Assembly: GCA_947629325.1 (NCBI GenBank)
Contig: CANRDE010000001.1
Coordinates: 4,028-68,027 of the forward strand
DNA: 64,000 nt
Reading direction: 5' to 3'
Origin: an uncultured Bacilli bacterium
GTDB lineage: Bacteria > Bacillota_I > Bacilli_A > RF39 > UBA660
Position 1 is the stretch's first letter; every line of letters starts with the position of its first letter. The notes beneath the pieces were generated by a model. It saw nothing but the letters and a program-made list of their open reading frames with translations, had not been told where the DNA came from and searched no databases. The translations under genes were made by a program, and so were the position numbers. Shown here one piece after another: positions 43,837-52,631 of the stretch.

Positions 43837-44592
43837 CTAGAGTTTAGCGATTGTTTTTAAAAAATCTTTACTTTTTAGATATAATCCCGTATAGTCATCA
43901 TAATAATTAATTAAGAAATTATTTATTTCGTGGATAATATTATCTTTAATTGCTAATTTAGATATGCTTTTAATATCAACTAAATAATACATATTAATAA
44001 CCTTAATTACGCTTATTGGCATAATTCTTTCCCCTTGATAACAATTTTTACAAATGAGACCACCTTTTTCGCTAGTAAGAGTTACAATATCTTTTTTATT
44101 ACCACAAACAATACAACTAGTAAGATTTAATCCTACCCCTAAATAATCTAGTAGTTTAACCTCTAAAATATTAGTAATAACCATAGGATTTAATCCTTCT
44201 TCTATTTTTAATAAAGAATAGATAAAATCATTATAAATTTCCGCATTCGGCGATTGTTTTAATATTTGGCTAACTAAATCAATTAAATAAGTAGCATAAC
44301 TAATTAAGGTAATATCACTTTTTATTTTTTTTAAGGGATTTAAAATATCCACTGATACTAAAGGCGATAATTTGCCTTTTTTATAATAAATATTGAATAT
44401 TCCATAAGTAAGTTTCATGGTAGTACTTCTTAAATGTGATTTAATATTCATTGCTCCTTTAGCCATAATTCCTATTATGCCATATTCTTTTGTAAAAACA
44501 TTAATAATTTTAGAAGTATCTCCATAAGGAGTTTCTTGCATTATTATTCCTTCTACTTTTATAATTGCATTAGTTGTCACTTCATCACCCAA
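43837..44592 (-). CDS. recO: DNA repair protein RecO
   Basis: N-terminal OB region EGIIMQETPYGDTSKIINVFTKEYG and a C-terminal Zn-finger CIVCG...CKNC. Confidence 0.85.
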   Translation of the reverse strand: MGDEVTTNAIIKVEGIIMQETPYGDTSKIINVFTKEYGIIGIMAKGAMNIKSHLRSTTMKLTYGIFNIYYKKGKLSPLVSVDILNPLKKIKSDITLISYATYLIDLVSQILKQSPNAEIYNDFIYSLLKIEEGLNPMVITNILEVKLLDYLGVGLNLTSCIVCGNKKDIVTLTSEKGGLICKNCYQGERIMPISVIKVINMYYLVDIKSISKLAIKDNIIHEINNFLINYYDDYTGLYLKSKDFLKTIAKL

Positions 44593-44595
44593 TTA

Positions 44596-44676
44596 CTACT
44601 TACATTTTTTATAATTTAAATAATCTTCTACTTTTCCACTATTTTTAAATTTTTCCCAGGCTTCTTTTTTATTCAT
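44596..44676 (-). CDS. YqzL-like small protein (26 aa)
   Basis: Unlisted ORF MNKKEAWEKFKNSGKVEDYLNYKKCK with a GGAAGGTGA RBS. Occupies the era-recO gap, as yqzL does in Bacillus. Confidence 0.5.
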   Translation of the reverse strand: MNKKEAWEKFKNSGKVEDYLNYKKCK

Positions 44677-44720
44677 TTATTTCACCTTCCTAATACTATA
44701 TTGAGAAGGTTTTAAAATTT

Positions 44721-45602
44721 TTATTCATAATCAAAAAATCCTAGTTCTTTTAAATATCTTTCCTTATCTTTCCAATTTTCAATAACTTTAACATATAATT
44801 CCAAATAAACTTTTTTGTTGACTAGGTCTTCTAAATCTTTGCGAGCTAAAATGCCGATTTTTTTTAACATTTCCCCACCAGAACCAATAATAATTTTTTT
44901 AATATTAGGTTTATCTACAATTATATCAACATAAATACTAACTAAATCTTTTTTTTCTTCAATCTTGGTGCAATGACAAGTAATGGAATGAGGAATTTCT
45001 TCCATCGTATTTTGTAATAGCTTCTCTCTTACTAGTTCTCCTGCTCTAAAAGATAATGTACTAGTGGTGATGGTTTCATTACCATAATATTTAACTGTAT
45101 CTTTTAAATATTTTTTTATAACTGTAATTAAATGAGATACGTTATCATCTTCTTTGGCAGAGACTGGTACTATTTCAGCAAAAGAATAATCTTTATATTC
45201 ATTAATTGCTAAAATTAGAGTTTCATTAGAAACCTTATCTATTTTATTTATTACTAAAATAACCGGAATACTACTATCTAATAAGTTATCCATTAGATAT
45301 TTATCACCTTTACCAATTCCGGATTCAATATCAACTACTAATAAAATCAAATCAACATCTTTTGTCAAAGCATAAGCTTGTTTATTTAAAACTTTTCCTA
45401 ATTTATTTAAAGGCTTAGATATTCCCGGGGTATCTACAAATATTATTTGATAATCTTCTTCATTATATATCCCTTCAATTAAATTTCGGGTTGTTCCGGC
45501 CACATTAGATGTAATGGCCACTTTATGATTGATAATACTATTTAAAAGGGTACTTTTGCCAACATTAGGCCGACCAACTATACTTACAAAACCACTCTTC
45601 AT
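44721..45602 (-). CDS. era: GTPase Era
   Basis: G1 motif GRPNVGKST, G3 motif DTPG, G4 motif NKID, plus a C-terminal KH domain. Confidence 0.9.
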   Translation of the reverse strand: MKSGFVSIVGRPNVGKSTLLNSIINHKVAITSNVAGTTRNLIEGIYNEEDYQIIFVDTPGISKPLNKLGKVLNKQAYALTKDVDLILLVVDIESGIGKGDKYLMDNLLDSSIPVILVINKIDKVSNETLILAINEYKDYSFAEIVPVSAKEDDNVSHLITVIKKYLKDTVKYYGNETITTSTLSFRAGELVREKLLQNTMEEIPHSITCHCTKIEEKKDLVSIYVDIIVDKPNIKKIIIGSGGEMLKKIGILARKDLEDLVNKKVYLELYVKVIENWKDKERYLKELGFFDYE

Positions 45603-45611
45603 ATAATCACC

Positions 45612-46016
45612 TTAAAATACTTTGATAAATAATTCAATAAAATAGGGAACAAAAATAATAAGATTTACTATAGTGGCTAAAACGGACATAATTCCTGTTG
45701 CGGCTGAGCCACAATCCTTAGCAATTTTAGCATATTCATTATATTCTTGAGTAACCATATCCACTGTAGCTTCAATCGCGGTATTTATTAATTCAACAAT
45801 ACTAATTAACGCTAAACTGCCAAATGATATAACCCATTCTAAAAAGTCAATATCAAATATTACCCCTAAAATAATAATAATACATCCCATAATCGCTACA
45901 AGAATAAAGCTCGATTCATTTTTAAAACAATAAGATAATCCTTGCATTGAATATTTGCATTTATTTAAAAAATTTTTAATTAAACTATTACTCTTTTTTT
46001 GTTCTTTCATCTTCAT
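45612..46016 (-). CDS. dgkA: diacylglycerol/undecaprenol kinase DgkA family
   Basis: ELINTAIEATVD and KDCGSAA motifs in a ~130-aa protein with 3 TM helices. Confidence 0.75.
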   Translation of the reverse strand: MKMKEQKKSNSLIKNFLNKCKYSMQGLSYCFKNESSFILVAIMGCIIIILGVIFDIDFLEWVISFGSLALISIVELINTAIEATVDMVTQEYNEYAKIAKDCGSAATGIMSVLATIVNLIIFVPYFIELFIKVF

Positions 46017-46437
46017 TCAACATCTTCTCCTGCAACTCAAACATTATTTCTTCCTCTTCTTTGTTCATATGATCATAACCAAGTAAATGTAAAAGGCCAT
46101 GACAAGTTAAAAAGGCTAGTTCTCTTACTTCACTATGACCATATTCTTTAGCTTGAGCAATCATTCTAGGAATACATATATATATTTCTCCTAAAAATCG
46201 CATATTATTATACACTACTTTATCATTATCTTCAAATGCAAATGAAATTACATCAGTAATTCTATCAATATTACGATAATTTTTATTTAAATATTGGATT
46301 TTTTCGTTATCAACAAATACGATACTAAATGTAGCATTTTTAACTTTCTCATGTTTTAAAGTGCGTTTAATTAAATCATCTAAATAGCCATAATCTTTAC
46401 TATAACCATATTCATTTGTTATTTTATAATCTATCAT
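45988..46437 (-). CDS. ybeY: rRNA maturation endoribonuclease YbeY
   Basis: HxxxHxxGxxH zinc motif, seen as HGLLHLLGYDH. Confidence 0.9.
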   Translation of the reverse strand: MIDYKITNEYGYSKDYGYLDDLIKRTLKHEKVKNATFSIVFVDNEKIQYLNKNYRNIDRITDVISFAFEDNDKVVYNNMRFLGEIYICIPRMIAQAKEYGHSEVRELAFLTCHGLLHLLGYDHMNKEEEEIMFELQEKMLNEDERTKKE

Positions 46438-47063
46438 TTAAATATAACTCCCCAATACCCCAATATATATACGGCAAATAACAATATTAATACAAGGGAA
46501 ATAATATTATAAAATAATTCACTTTTAAAAATATCAGGTAAGTGACGATGAATAGCACTTAGACCAATGTATAGCAAATAACCACCTACACCACCAATTA
46601 AATTTAAAATTATATCATCAATATCAAATGATCTACCAATTTGCAATTGAACAAATTCTACGGCAATACTAGTCATTAAAGTTGTTATAATTATAGGCCA
46701 GATTTTTTTCGGATTAACATAAACTCCTATTAAATAACCAAATGGTAAAAAAATTAATATATTGCCAAAAACATTATAATTAAACATTTGAGTACCAAAT
46801 TTATACCGCATTATTTCTGAGAAAGGAATAATATTTACTCCTCCACTACTATTTATCTCCGTCATAGTTAAGATTTCAAATAAAAGCCAAATATAAATTA
46901 TAGAAATCAAATAACTTAATTCTTTATATAAACAAAATCTTTCACGATGATTACGCAAATAAAAAAATCGGATTAAGACAATTGCTACTATAAAAACCAC
47001 TAACATGGGCCAAATATTATTGAACACTTTCTGGATTAGATTGGACATTTGGAACCTCCTCAA
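46434..47063 (-). CDS. VanZ-family membrane protein
   Basis: Four TM helices. Motifs NIIPF and RSFDIDDIILNLIGGVGGY are typical of VanZ-like proteins. Confidence 0.65.
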   Translation of the reverse strand: MRRFQMSNLIQKVFNNIWPMLVVFIVAIVLIRFFYLRNHRERFCLYKELSYLISIIYIWLLFEILTMTEINSSGGVNIIPFSEIMRYKFGTQMFNYNVFGNILIFLPFGYLIGVYVNPKKIWPIIITTLMTSIAVEFVQLQIGRSFDIDDIILNLIGGVGGYLLYIGLSAIHRHLPDIFKSELFYNIISLVLILLFAVYILGYWGVIFK

Positions 47064-48201
47064 CTTTATCTAAGATACCAATATTTTCTTTCGTTACTAT
47101 AAATATCTCTAAGTATATTGTACTATCATTTACCTCTTTTTTCAAAACTTTTTTTAATAATATTTCTTCCTCTTCGTCTAAAGTTAATTTTATCTTTTCT
47201 AAAGCCAGTTTTAGGCCCTTATTATAGGCCTCTTCTTCCGTTAAATAATTAGTATCTAAAATGTATTCTTTTTCCTTTACTAAATTAATTTCAAAATCAT
47301 TTAATTTATATAAATTAGTAATCTCTTCTTTTTTATTTTTTATTCGGCTTTTAAAAATAGGAAACTTGTTTTCGTTAATTACTACATTAAAATTATATCG
47401 ATTTTTACCAGTATATTTAGTTTTAACTTCTTTAAAAGGAACCGTTATATTAACTGTATACCAAACTTCTCCATATATTTCGCCACTAGCACAAACCGTA
47501 TTTTTTATTTCTTCGTTATGAGTAATAGTACCTGATAAAATAATATCACCTTTTAAAACATAGTCATTTATTTCTTTTAAGGCTACGCCTCTATAAATAT
47601 TTAGACTGGTAATTTTAGCATCTGTACTAGCTATAATATTACAATTTTTATAATTTGTTGTTTCTTCTTTAACCGTTTTTTCGGTGACATTTACTATTAA
47701 AACTAAACCGCTATACTTTATCTCTAACCACTCTAAAGTATTTTTGTTATCATTTAATATTTTATTAACAATTTTTTCAATTTCTGAATGTTTCTTTTTT
47801 AAAGTTAATTTTTTAATTCCATTTTTTTCCAATTCTTTCATTACTAATTTTTGGACATTTTTATTTGGACTTTTTATTTCAATTTTAAAAATTAAATTAT
47901 TTACTAAAAATAATAAAATTATACTTAAAATAACTCCTACGGAAAAAAAGATATATTTTTTTATTATATCTAATATTTTTCGAAAACCAGAATTGCCAAT
48001 AATTTCTGTTTTATAACTAACTAAATATTTTTTGATTTTTTTATAATCAGAATAGGAAGTCTTAATTAAAATATCATTTTTATTTTTTTTATTATCATAT
48101 ACTGTAACTCCAATATCATTTAATTTGATTAATAAATTATAATAACTTTGAGCATCTATTTTAATCCAAATGATTTTTTCTCTATTCATAATTAAACTCA
48201 A
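47017..48201 (-). CDS. yqfD: sporulation protein YqfD (stage IV)
   Basis: Size and single-TM architecture fit YqfD. It is immediately downstream of and overlapping yqfC. Confidence 0.8.
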   Translation of the reverse strand: MSLIMNREKIIWIKIDAQSYYNLLIKLNDIGVTVYDNKKNKNDILIKTSYSDYKKIKKYLVSYKTEIIGNSGFRKILDIIKKYIFFSVGVILSIILLFLVNNLIFKIEIKSPNKNVQKLVMKELEKNGIKKLTLKKKHSEIEKIVNKILNDNKNTLEWLEIKYSGLVLIVNVTEKTVKEETTNYKNCNIIASTDAKITSLNIYRGVALKEINDYVLKGDIILSGTITHNEEIKNTVCASGEIYGEVWYTVNITVPFKEVKTKYTGKNRYNFNVVINENKFPIFKSRIKNKKEEITNLYKLNDFEINLVKEKEYILDTNYLTEEEAYNKGLKLALEKIKLTLDEEEEILLKKVLKKEVNDSTIYLEIFIVTKENIGILDKVEEVPNVQSNPESVQ

Positions 48202-48439
48202 CTTTCATTATAGTGCCATTTATTAATAATTCTTGTTTGGTCATTTGTTTTATTTTTAAATTATTACCCGTAATAATTATTTTTTTCCCTTCTAAAGAAA
48301 TAATTATTTCTTTATCACTCAATTTGTTTAATTTTTTATAATTAAAAACATGCAAATGATTTTCATATATAGTTATGAAATTTTCTAAATCATATAAAAA
48401 GCTTTTAAAACTGTCTCTGAAATTTAAATTTTTCATCAA
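48182..48439 (-). CDS. yqfC: sporulation protein YqfC
   Basis: 85-aa protein in the conserved position before yqfD, with YqfC-like beta-rich sequence. Confidence 0.75.
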   Translation of the reverse strand: MMKNLNFRDSFKSFLYDLENFITIYENHLHVFNYKKLNKLSDKEIIISLEGKKIIITGNNLKIKQMTKQELLINGTIMKVEFNYE

Positions 48440-48470
48440 TTAATTATATTTGCCATAAATTAAAAAAAGA

Positions 48471-48908
48471 CTATTTACTTAGTCTTTCTTTAACAATTGT
48501 ACTTACTTTTGTCATATCAGCATTATTTAATTTTTCATTTACATATTTCATTATTAATCCCATCTCTTTCATACTACTAGGATTAATTTCTTGAAAAGCT
48601 TCATCAATAACTCTTTTAATGTCTTCCATAGAAGCTTCTTCCGGTAAGTAACTATTTATAATAGCTATTTCTTTTCTTAAATTATCAGCAGTTTCTATTT
48701 TACCTAAATTTTCGTATTCCATTATAGAATCTTTTCTTTGTTTAATTTGTTTTTTCAAAACATTTATAACAACATCATCGGTTAATTCTTTTTTGTTATT
48801 AAGTGCCTCTAATTGCAAAGCACTTTTTATCATTCGAAGCACTGATAATTGAAATTTATCGCCACTCTTAAGGGCATTTACTAAATCAGTATTTATTTTT
48901 TCAAACAT
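48471..48908 (-). CDS. GatB/YqeY-domain protein
   Basis: 145-aa YqeY-family sequence, in the conserved position after rpsU. Confidence 0.85.
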   Translation of the reverse strand: MFEKINTDLVNALKSGDKFQLSVLRMIKSALQLEALNNKKELTDDVVINVLKKQIKQRKDSIMEYENLGKIETADNLRKEIAIINSYLPEEASMEDIKRVIDEAFQEINPSSMKEMGLIMKYVNEKLNNADMTKVSTIVKERLSK

Positions 48909-48919
48909 AAAATCTCTCC

Positions 48920-49105
48920 TTAATTATGATTTCTTTTGTGAGAATTTTTTATGCCTTCTTCTTTCTTAATTCTTCTTTCAACTCCTGGTTTAACATGGAA
49001 TTTTTTCTTTTTTAGTTCTGAAGGGACACCACTTCTCGCAACTTTTACTTTGAATTTTTTCAAAGCCATATCAATGTTGCCATTTTGAACTACAACCTTT
49101 GTCAC
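48920..49105 (-). CDS. rpsU: 30S ribosomal protein S21
   Basis: Basic 61-aa protein matching S21. GTG start with an AAGGGAGGG RBS. Confidence 0.9.
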   Translation of the reverse strand: MTKVVVQNGNIDMALKKFKVKVARSGVPSELKKKKFHVKPGVERRIKKEEGIKNSHKRNHN

Positions 49106-49138
49106 AAATTCGCCCTCCCTTCGCTTTTAACTGAGCCT

Positions 49139-49167
49139 ATTATACCACTTACCTTTAAATTTGACAA
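49139..49167 (-). promoter_or_regulatory. sigma-A-type promoter of rpsU
   Basis: Minus strand reads TTGTCA, 17 nt, TATAAT, about 35 nt upstream of the rpsU RBS. Confidence 0.55.
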
Positions 49168-49213
49168 CAACAAAAGCAATCATCTGTAAAAAATGTTGTA
49201 AATTAACGATTAA

Positions 49214-49366
49214 TTAACAATAATTTTTGGCAGCAATTCTTCTGATTGCACTTCCAACCGTTTTGCCTAAATCAAGAATTGTATTTATAAGTCTTGAAAC
49301 TGAATTTAATAAGGTTGAAGAAATCCCTCCACCTTGAATCAATAATAATTCTTCGTTTGTTAACAT
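49214..49366 (-). CDS. double-glycine-leader bacteriocin precursor peptide B (50 aa)
   Basis: Unlisted ORF MLTNEELLLIQGG|GISSTLLNSVSRLINTILDLGKTVGSAIRRIAAKNYC. The leader fits the LSxxELxxIxGG consensus (-12 L, -8 E, -7 L, -4 I, GG). AGGAGGT RBS. The mature peptide has a GxxxG motif and a C-terminal Cys. Confidence 0.7.
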   Translation of the reverse strand: MLTNEELLLIQGGGISSTLLNSVSRLINTILDLGKTVGSAIRRIAAKNYC

Positions 49367-49376
49367 TTTAACCTCC

Positions 49377-49520
49377 TTAATTACATTTTTTAGGATTAAT
49401 TATGCCGTCAATCACGCCAATAACAAAAACTGCGGCTGCTCCTATAATACCAGCAATCAATTTTAAACTAACTGCGCCACCTTCTACTGCTAACATTTCT
49501 TCATTATTTAAAATTTTCAT
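49377..49520 (-). CDS. double-glycine-leader bacteriocin precursor peptide A (47 aa)
   Basis: Unlisted ORF MKILNNEEMLAVEGG|AVSLKLIAGIIGAAAVFVIGVIDGIINPKKCN with an AGGAGG RBS. The mature peptide is hydrophobic, carries GxxxG motifs and has a C-terminal Cys. Confidence 0.7.
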   Translation of the reverse strand: MKILNNEEMLAVEGGAVSLKLIAGIIGAAAVFVIGVIDGIINPKKCN

Positions 49521-49531
49521 TATTACCTCCT

Positions 49532-49945
49532 CTATTTAAATAACTCTAAAATAAATTGCCAAATAGTTTGTTTACCATAATAAATTTCCACATCTCCTAT
49601 TTCATTATTATAAAAATCTTTTTCTAAAACTAAAAATATATCTTGATAGATAATATTTTTATCTAAACTATATTTTTCATATGAGTTAATGGTATACTCT
49701 GTTTTAGTACCATTGAAAGTCAAAGTATTTTGTTTTTTTATTTTATCAGAGAGTCTATTTTCTATTTGTATATGTAATAAATGACTTTCATAAATTCCAT
49801 AACATTTAATCTTTTTATCAATATAAAAGAAGTTGGCAATCACAATGAAGAAAACAATAAATGAAACTCCTATTACTAAAAGATAAATATATGGCCTTTG
49901 AACTAAATTTCTAAGTTTATAATAATTAATTTTGAAGTATTCCAT
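49532..49945 (-). CDS. small single-TM protein (137 aa); candidate immunity or truncated secretion-accessory protein
   Basis: N-terminal TM helix YIYLLVIGVSFIVFFIVIANFFYI. Overlaps the 3' end of the ABC transporter and sits directly upstream of the two peptide genes. Confidence 0.45.
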   Translation of the reverse strand: MEYFKINYYKLRNLVQRPYIYLLVIGVSFIVFFIVIANFFYIDKKIKCYGIYESHLLHIQIENRLSDKIKKQNTLTFNGTKTEYTINSYEKYSLDKNIIYQDIFLVLEKDFYNNEIGDVEIYYGKQTIWQFILELFK

Positions 49946-51986
49946 TTTGAACTCCTATGTCAATAATTTTGCTAAAACTTTTAGTTTGATTTTTATGAGA
50001 AATATAAATTATTGTTTTATCATTAAAATAATTTTTTATATTTTTTATGATCTTGTTTTCTAATTTAAAATCCACTTCACTTAACGCTTCATCCAAAATA
50101 ATAATATTGGCTTTCTTTAAAAGGCCTCTGGCTAAAATTATTCTTTGTTTTTCGCCACCTGAAACGTTCTGAGAATTTGGTTCAAGCAAAGAATTAAAAC
50201 GAAGTGTTTTTTTAGCTACAATCTCCTCAATACAGCAAATTTGACATATATCATTAAACAATTGCTCTTCAACTTCTCTATCAATTAAAATGTTTTCTTT
50301 GATAGTTCCAGTAAAAAGTTCTTCATTTTGGGATACATATAAAATATTATTTCTGATTGTTCCTATATCTATATCTTTGATGTTTTGATTACCAATATAT
50401 ATCTCCCCTTCATTTGAAACATATTCCTTATAAATTAGTTTACAAATGGTACTTTTTCCCGCTCCAGAAGGTCCATTTAACAAAACATGATCTCCCTGTT
50501 TGATTTGCAAAGTCAAATTTTTTAATATGCTTTTATAATTATTATATGAATAGTAGACATTAGCAAAAACAATATCACCATCTAAATAACATCCTTTATC
50601 ATCAATATTTTCTTCTTCAATATTTATAAATTCGGTTAACTTTGTAAAAGTTGCTTTAATAAAATTATATTTAGGTAACAAGCTAATAATATTACGCACA
50701 GGATCAATACAATAACCAAGAATAATATTAAATGTGAATAAATCAATGATAGATAAATTGCCTTGATAAATATTCCAAAACCCACAAGAATTAATCAAAA
50801 AGAAACAAAGTTCTAATAAGAAATCTTTACCTAAATTGGTTAGGTTGAAATATTTATTAAAATTATAAGTATTAAATAAGTATTTAGATAAACACTTTTC
50901 TATTTTTTCTAATATAATGTTATTTATATTTAAATTTTTAATACTATCTAACATCGTAATGTCTTCTACTATCATACTATTAAAATTGGTTTGATAATTA
51001 ATATTTTCTAAAATTCTTTGATATAAACTCTTACTAACCAAAAAACCATATAAAACGTATAAAACAATAAAGAGAAATAAAATAAAAGACAAGTTTTTAT
51101 TTATTATAAATAAAATAACTACAGTTATAAGTATCATTAAAGAGTTTACAAGATAAGAAACAAATATTTCGGAAAACAAGCTTTTTATATTAGCTAATTC
51201 ATCAATCCTTGTTACTATTTCTCCTACACTTCTTGTCTTGATACTATTAGAAGGAAGGTAAAAAATATGATGTAAAAACTCTGGATACAAATAAACATCA
51301 ATTAAATTACCCAAATGATTTTCATAATATTCTCGAATATATAAACTTAAAATTTTTAATAAAGTAAATATTGCAAATATTAAAATGAGCCATTTAAAAT
51401 ATTTATAATTTTCATTTAATAAATTGCTTCCTACTTTCAAATAATAACTACAAATTATAGCGATAATAGTCCAAATTATACTACTCATAACTATTTTCAT
51501 TATTAGAAACTTTTCCTGATTTAATATTTGTAAAAATAAGTTATTTATAGTAAGACCTTTGTCCATTTTAATAATTTTACCACGCGGTTTTACTAAAATA
51601 AGATGACCAGTAAATAAACTATTAAAAATAGTTAAAGATATTTTTTTATTTCCAACACTTGGATCCATTAAATATACAATGTTGTTTTTTACCTCTTTAA
51701 CTACAACAAAATGTTCTAAACCATTCTCTAAAGTTAAATGAGCTATTAAAGGAAATTCCAATTCACTTTTTGTAATGTCGCGCTCCAAAATCCCCAATGA
51801 ATCAAATCCCCATTTTTTAAAAGCATTTACAATATGGTAAGCATTAGTTCCATTTTTATCGGTAAAAGTATCTTCTCTTAATTTTTCTAGAGTCACATAA
51901 CCATTATAAAAAATAAATAACCATTGCATACAACATATACCACAATCTTTCAAATCTTTTTGTATAACAGGTTTAACTTTCATCAT
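49926..51986 (-). CDS. bacteriocin-processing ABC transporter with N-terminal C39 peptidase domain
   Basis: C39 catalytic motifs QKDLKDCGICC (Cys), LEHFVVV (His) and LMDP (Asp). Six-TM domain. Walker A GPSGAGKST, signature VSGGEKQR and Walker B IIILDE. Confidence 0.9.
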   Translation of the reverse strand: MMKVKPVIQKDLKDCGICCMQWLFIFYNGYVTLEKLREDTFTDKNGTNAYHIVNAFKKWGFDSLGILERDITKSELEFPLIAHLTLENGLEHFVVVKEVKNNIVYLMDPSVGNKKISLTIFNSLFTGHLILVKPRGKIIKMDKGLTINNLFLQILNQEKFLIMKIVMSSIIWTIIAIICSYYLKVGSNLLNENYKYFKWLILIFAIFTLLKILSLYIREYYENHLGNLIDVYLYPEFLHHIFYLPSNSIKTRSVGEIVTRIDELANIKSLFSEIFVSYLVNSLMILITVVILFIINKNLSFILFLFIVLYVLYGFLVSKSLYQRILENINYQTNFNSMIVEDITMLDSIKNLNINNIILEKIEKCLSKYLFNTYNFNKYFNLTNLGKDFLLELCFFLINSCGFWNIYQGNLSIIDLFTFNIILGYCIDPVRNIISLLPKYNFIKATFTKLTEFINIEEENIDDKGCYLDGDIVFANVYYSYNNYKSILKNLTLQIKQGDHVLLNGPSGAGKSTICKLIYKEYVSNEGEIYIGNQNIKDIDIGTIRNNILYVSQNEELFTGTIKENILIDREVEEQLFNDICQICCIEEIVAKKTLRFNSLLEPNSQNVSGGEKQRIILARGLLKKANIIILDEALSEVDFKLENKIIKNIKNYFNDKTIIYISHKNQTKSFSKIIDIGVQNGILQN

Positions 51987-52115
51987 TCTTTCCTCCCTTC
52001 ACTACTATTATTAGCTTCAACTAAAACTATTTCCTTTTAAATATAATAAATTTTTTTTAAAAGGTATTTTTTAGCTTTTTAAACATAATATTAAGTAGCG
52101 ATAAAGGAGAGCTAT

Positions 52116-52610
52116 ATGATAAACAAACAAAATTTATGGTTTATTACTTTATTTTCTTTAATACTTATCTTAGGAATTTATTATATTAGTATTGATGATG
52201 AGGTGGCAAGTGTGCTTAAAGCCGAAGATACTTCTAATGCCAATGAAGTTATTGAGATTAATGAATCTGATGTATTAGTGGCCTTAGAAATAGAAAATGA
52301 CGAGGAAAAGCAAGCCCTTATGGAAGAATATCAAAATATCCTTTTAGACACGGGAAGTACTTTAGAGGAAAAAAATGTTGCTTATGAAAATATGCAAAAA
52401 TTAAATAATTCCAAAGCCGAAGAAACTAAAGTGAAAAAATTAATTAAAGAAAAATTTGATTTAAATTCTTTTGTAAAAATTAAAGATAATACAATTAGTA
52501 TTACGGTGGCTTCAAAGGAACACAATACGGAAAAAGCTAATTCTATTATCCGAAGTGTGCAAGAATTATATGAATCAAAAATGTATATAACAGTAAAATT
52601 TAATAAATAA
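52116..52610 (+). CDS. SpoIIIAH-like membrane protein (tentative)
   Basis: N-terminal TM helix, an acidic linker, and a C-terminal segment NTISITVASKEHNTEKANSIIRSVQ that resembles the SpoIIIAH/YscJ-like ring-building domain. Confidence 0.4.
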   Translation: MINKQNLWFITLFSLILILGIYYISIDDEVASVLKAEDTSNANEVIEINESDVLVALEIENDEEKQALMEEYQNILLDTGSTLEEKNVAYENMQKLNNSKAEETKVKKLIKEKFDLNSFVKIKDNTISITVASKEHNTEKANSIIRSVQELYESKMYITVKFNK

Positions 52611-52631
52611 AAACAAAGATCTTGGAAAACT

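Noticed and set aside
49106-49213. Possible third small peptide or immunity ORF between peptide B and rpsU (MIAFVVVKFKGKWYNRLS)
   Set aside because: It has no RBS and overlaps the rpsU -35/-10 promoter elements, so it is most likely not translated.
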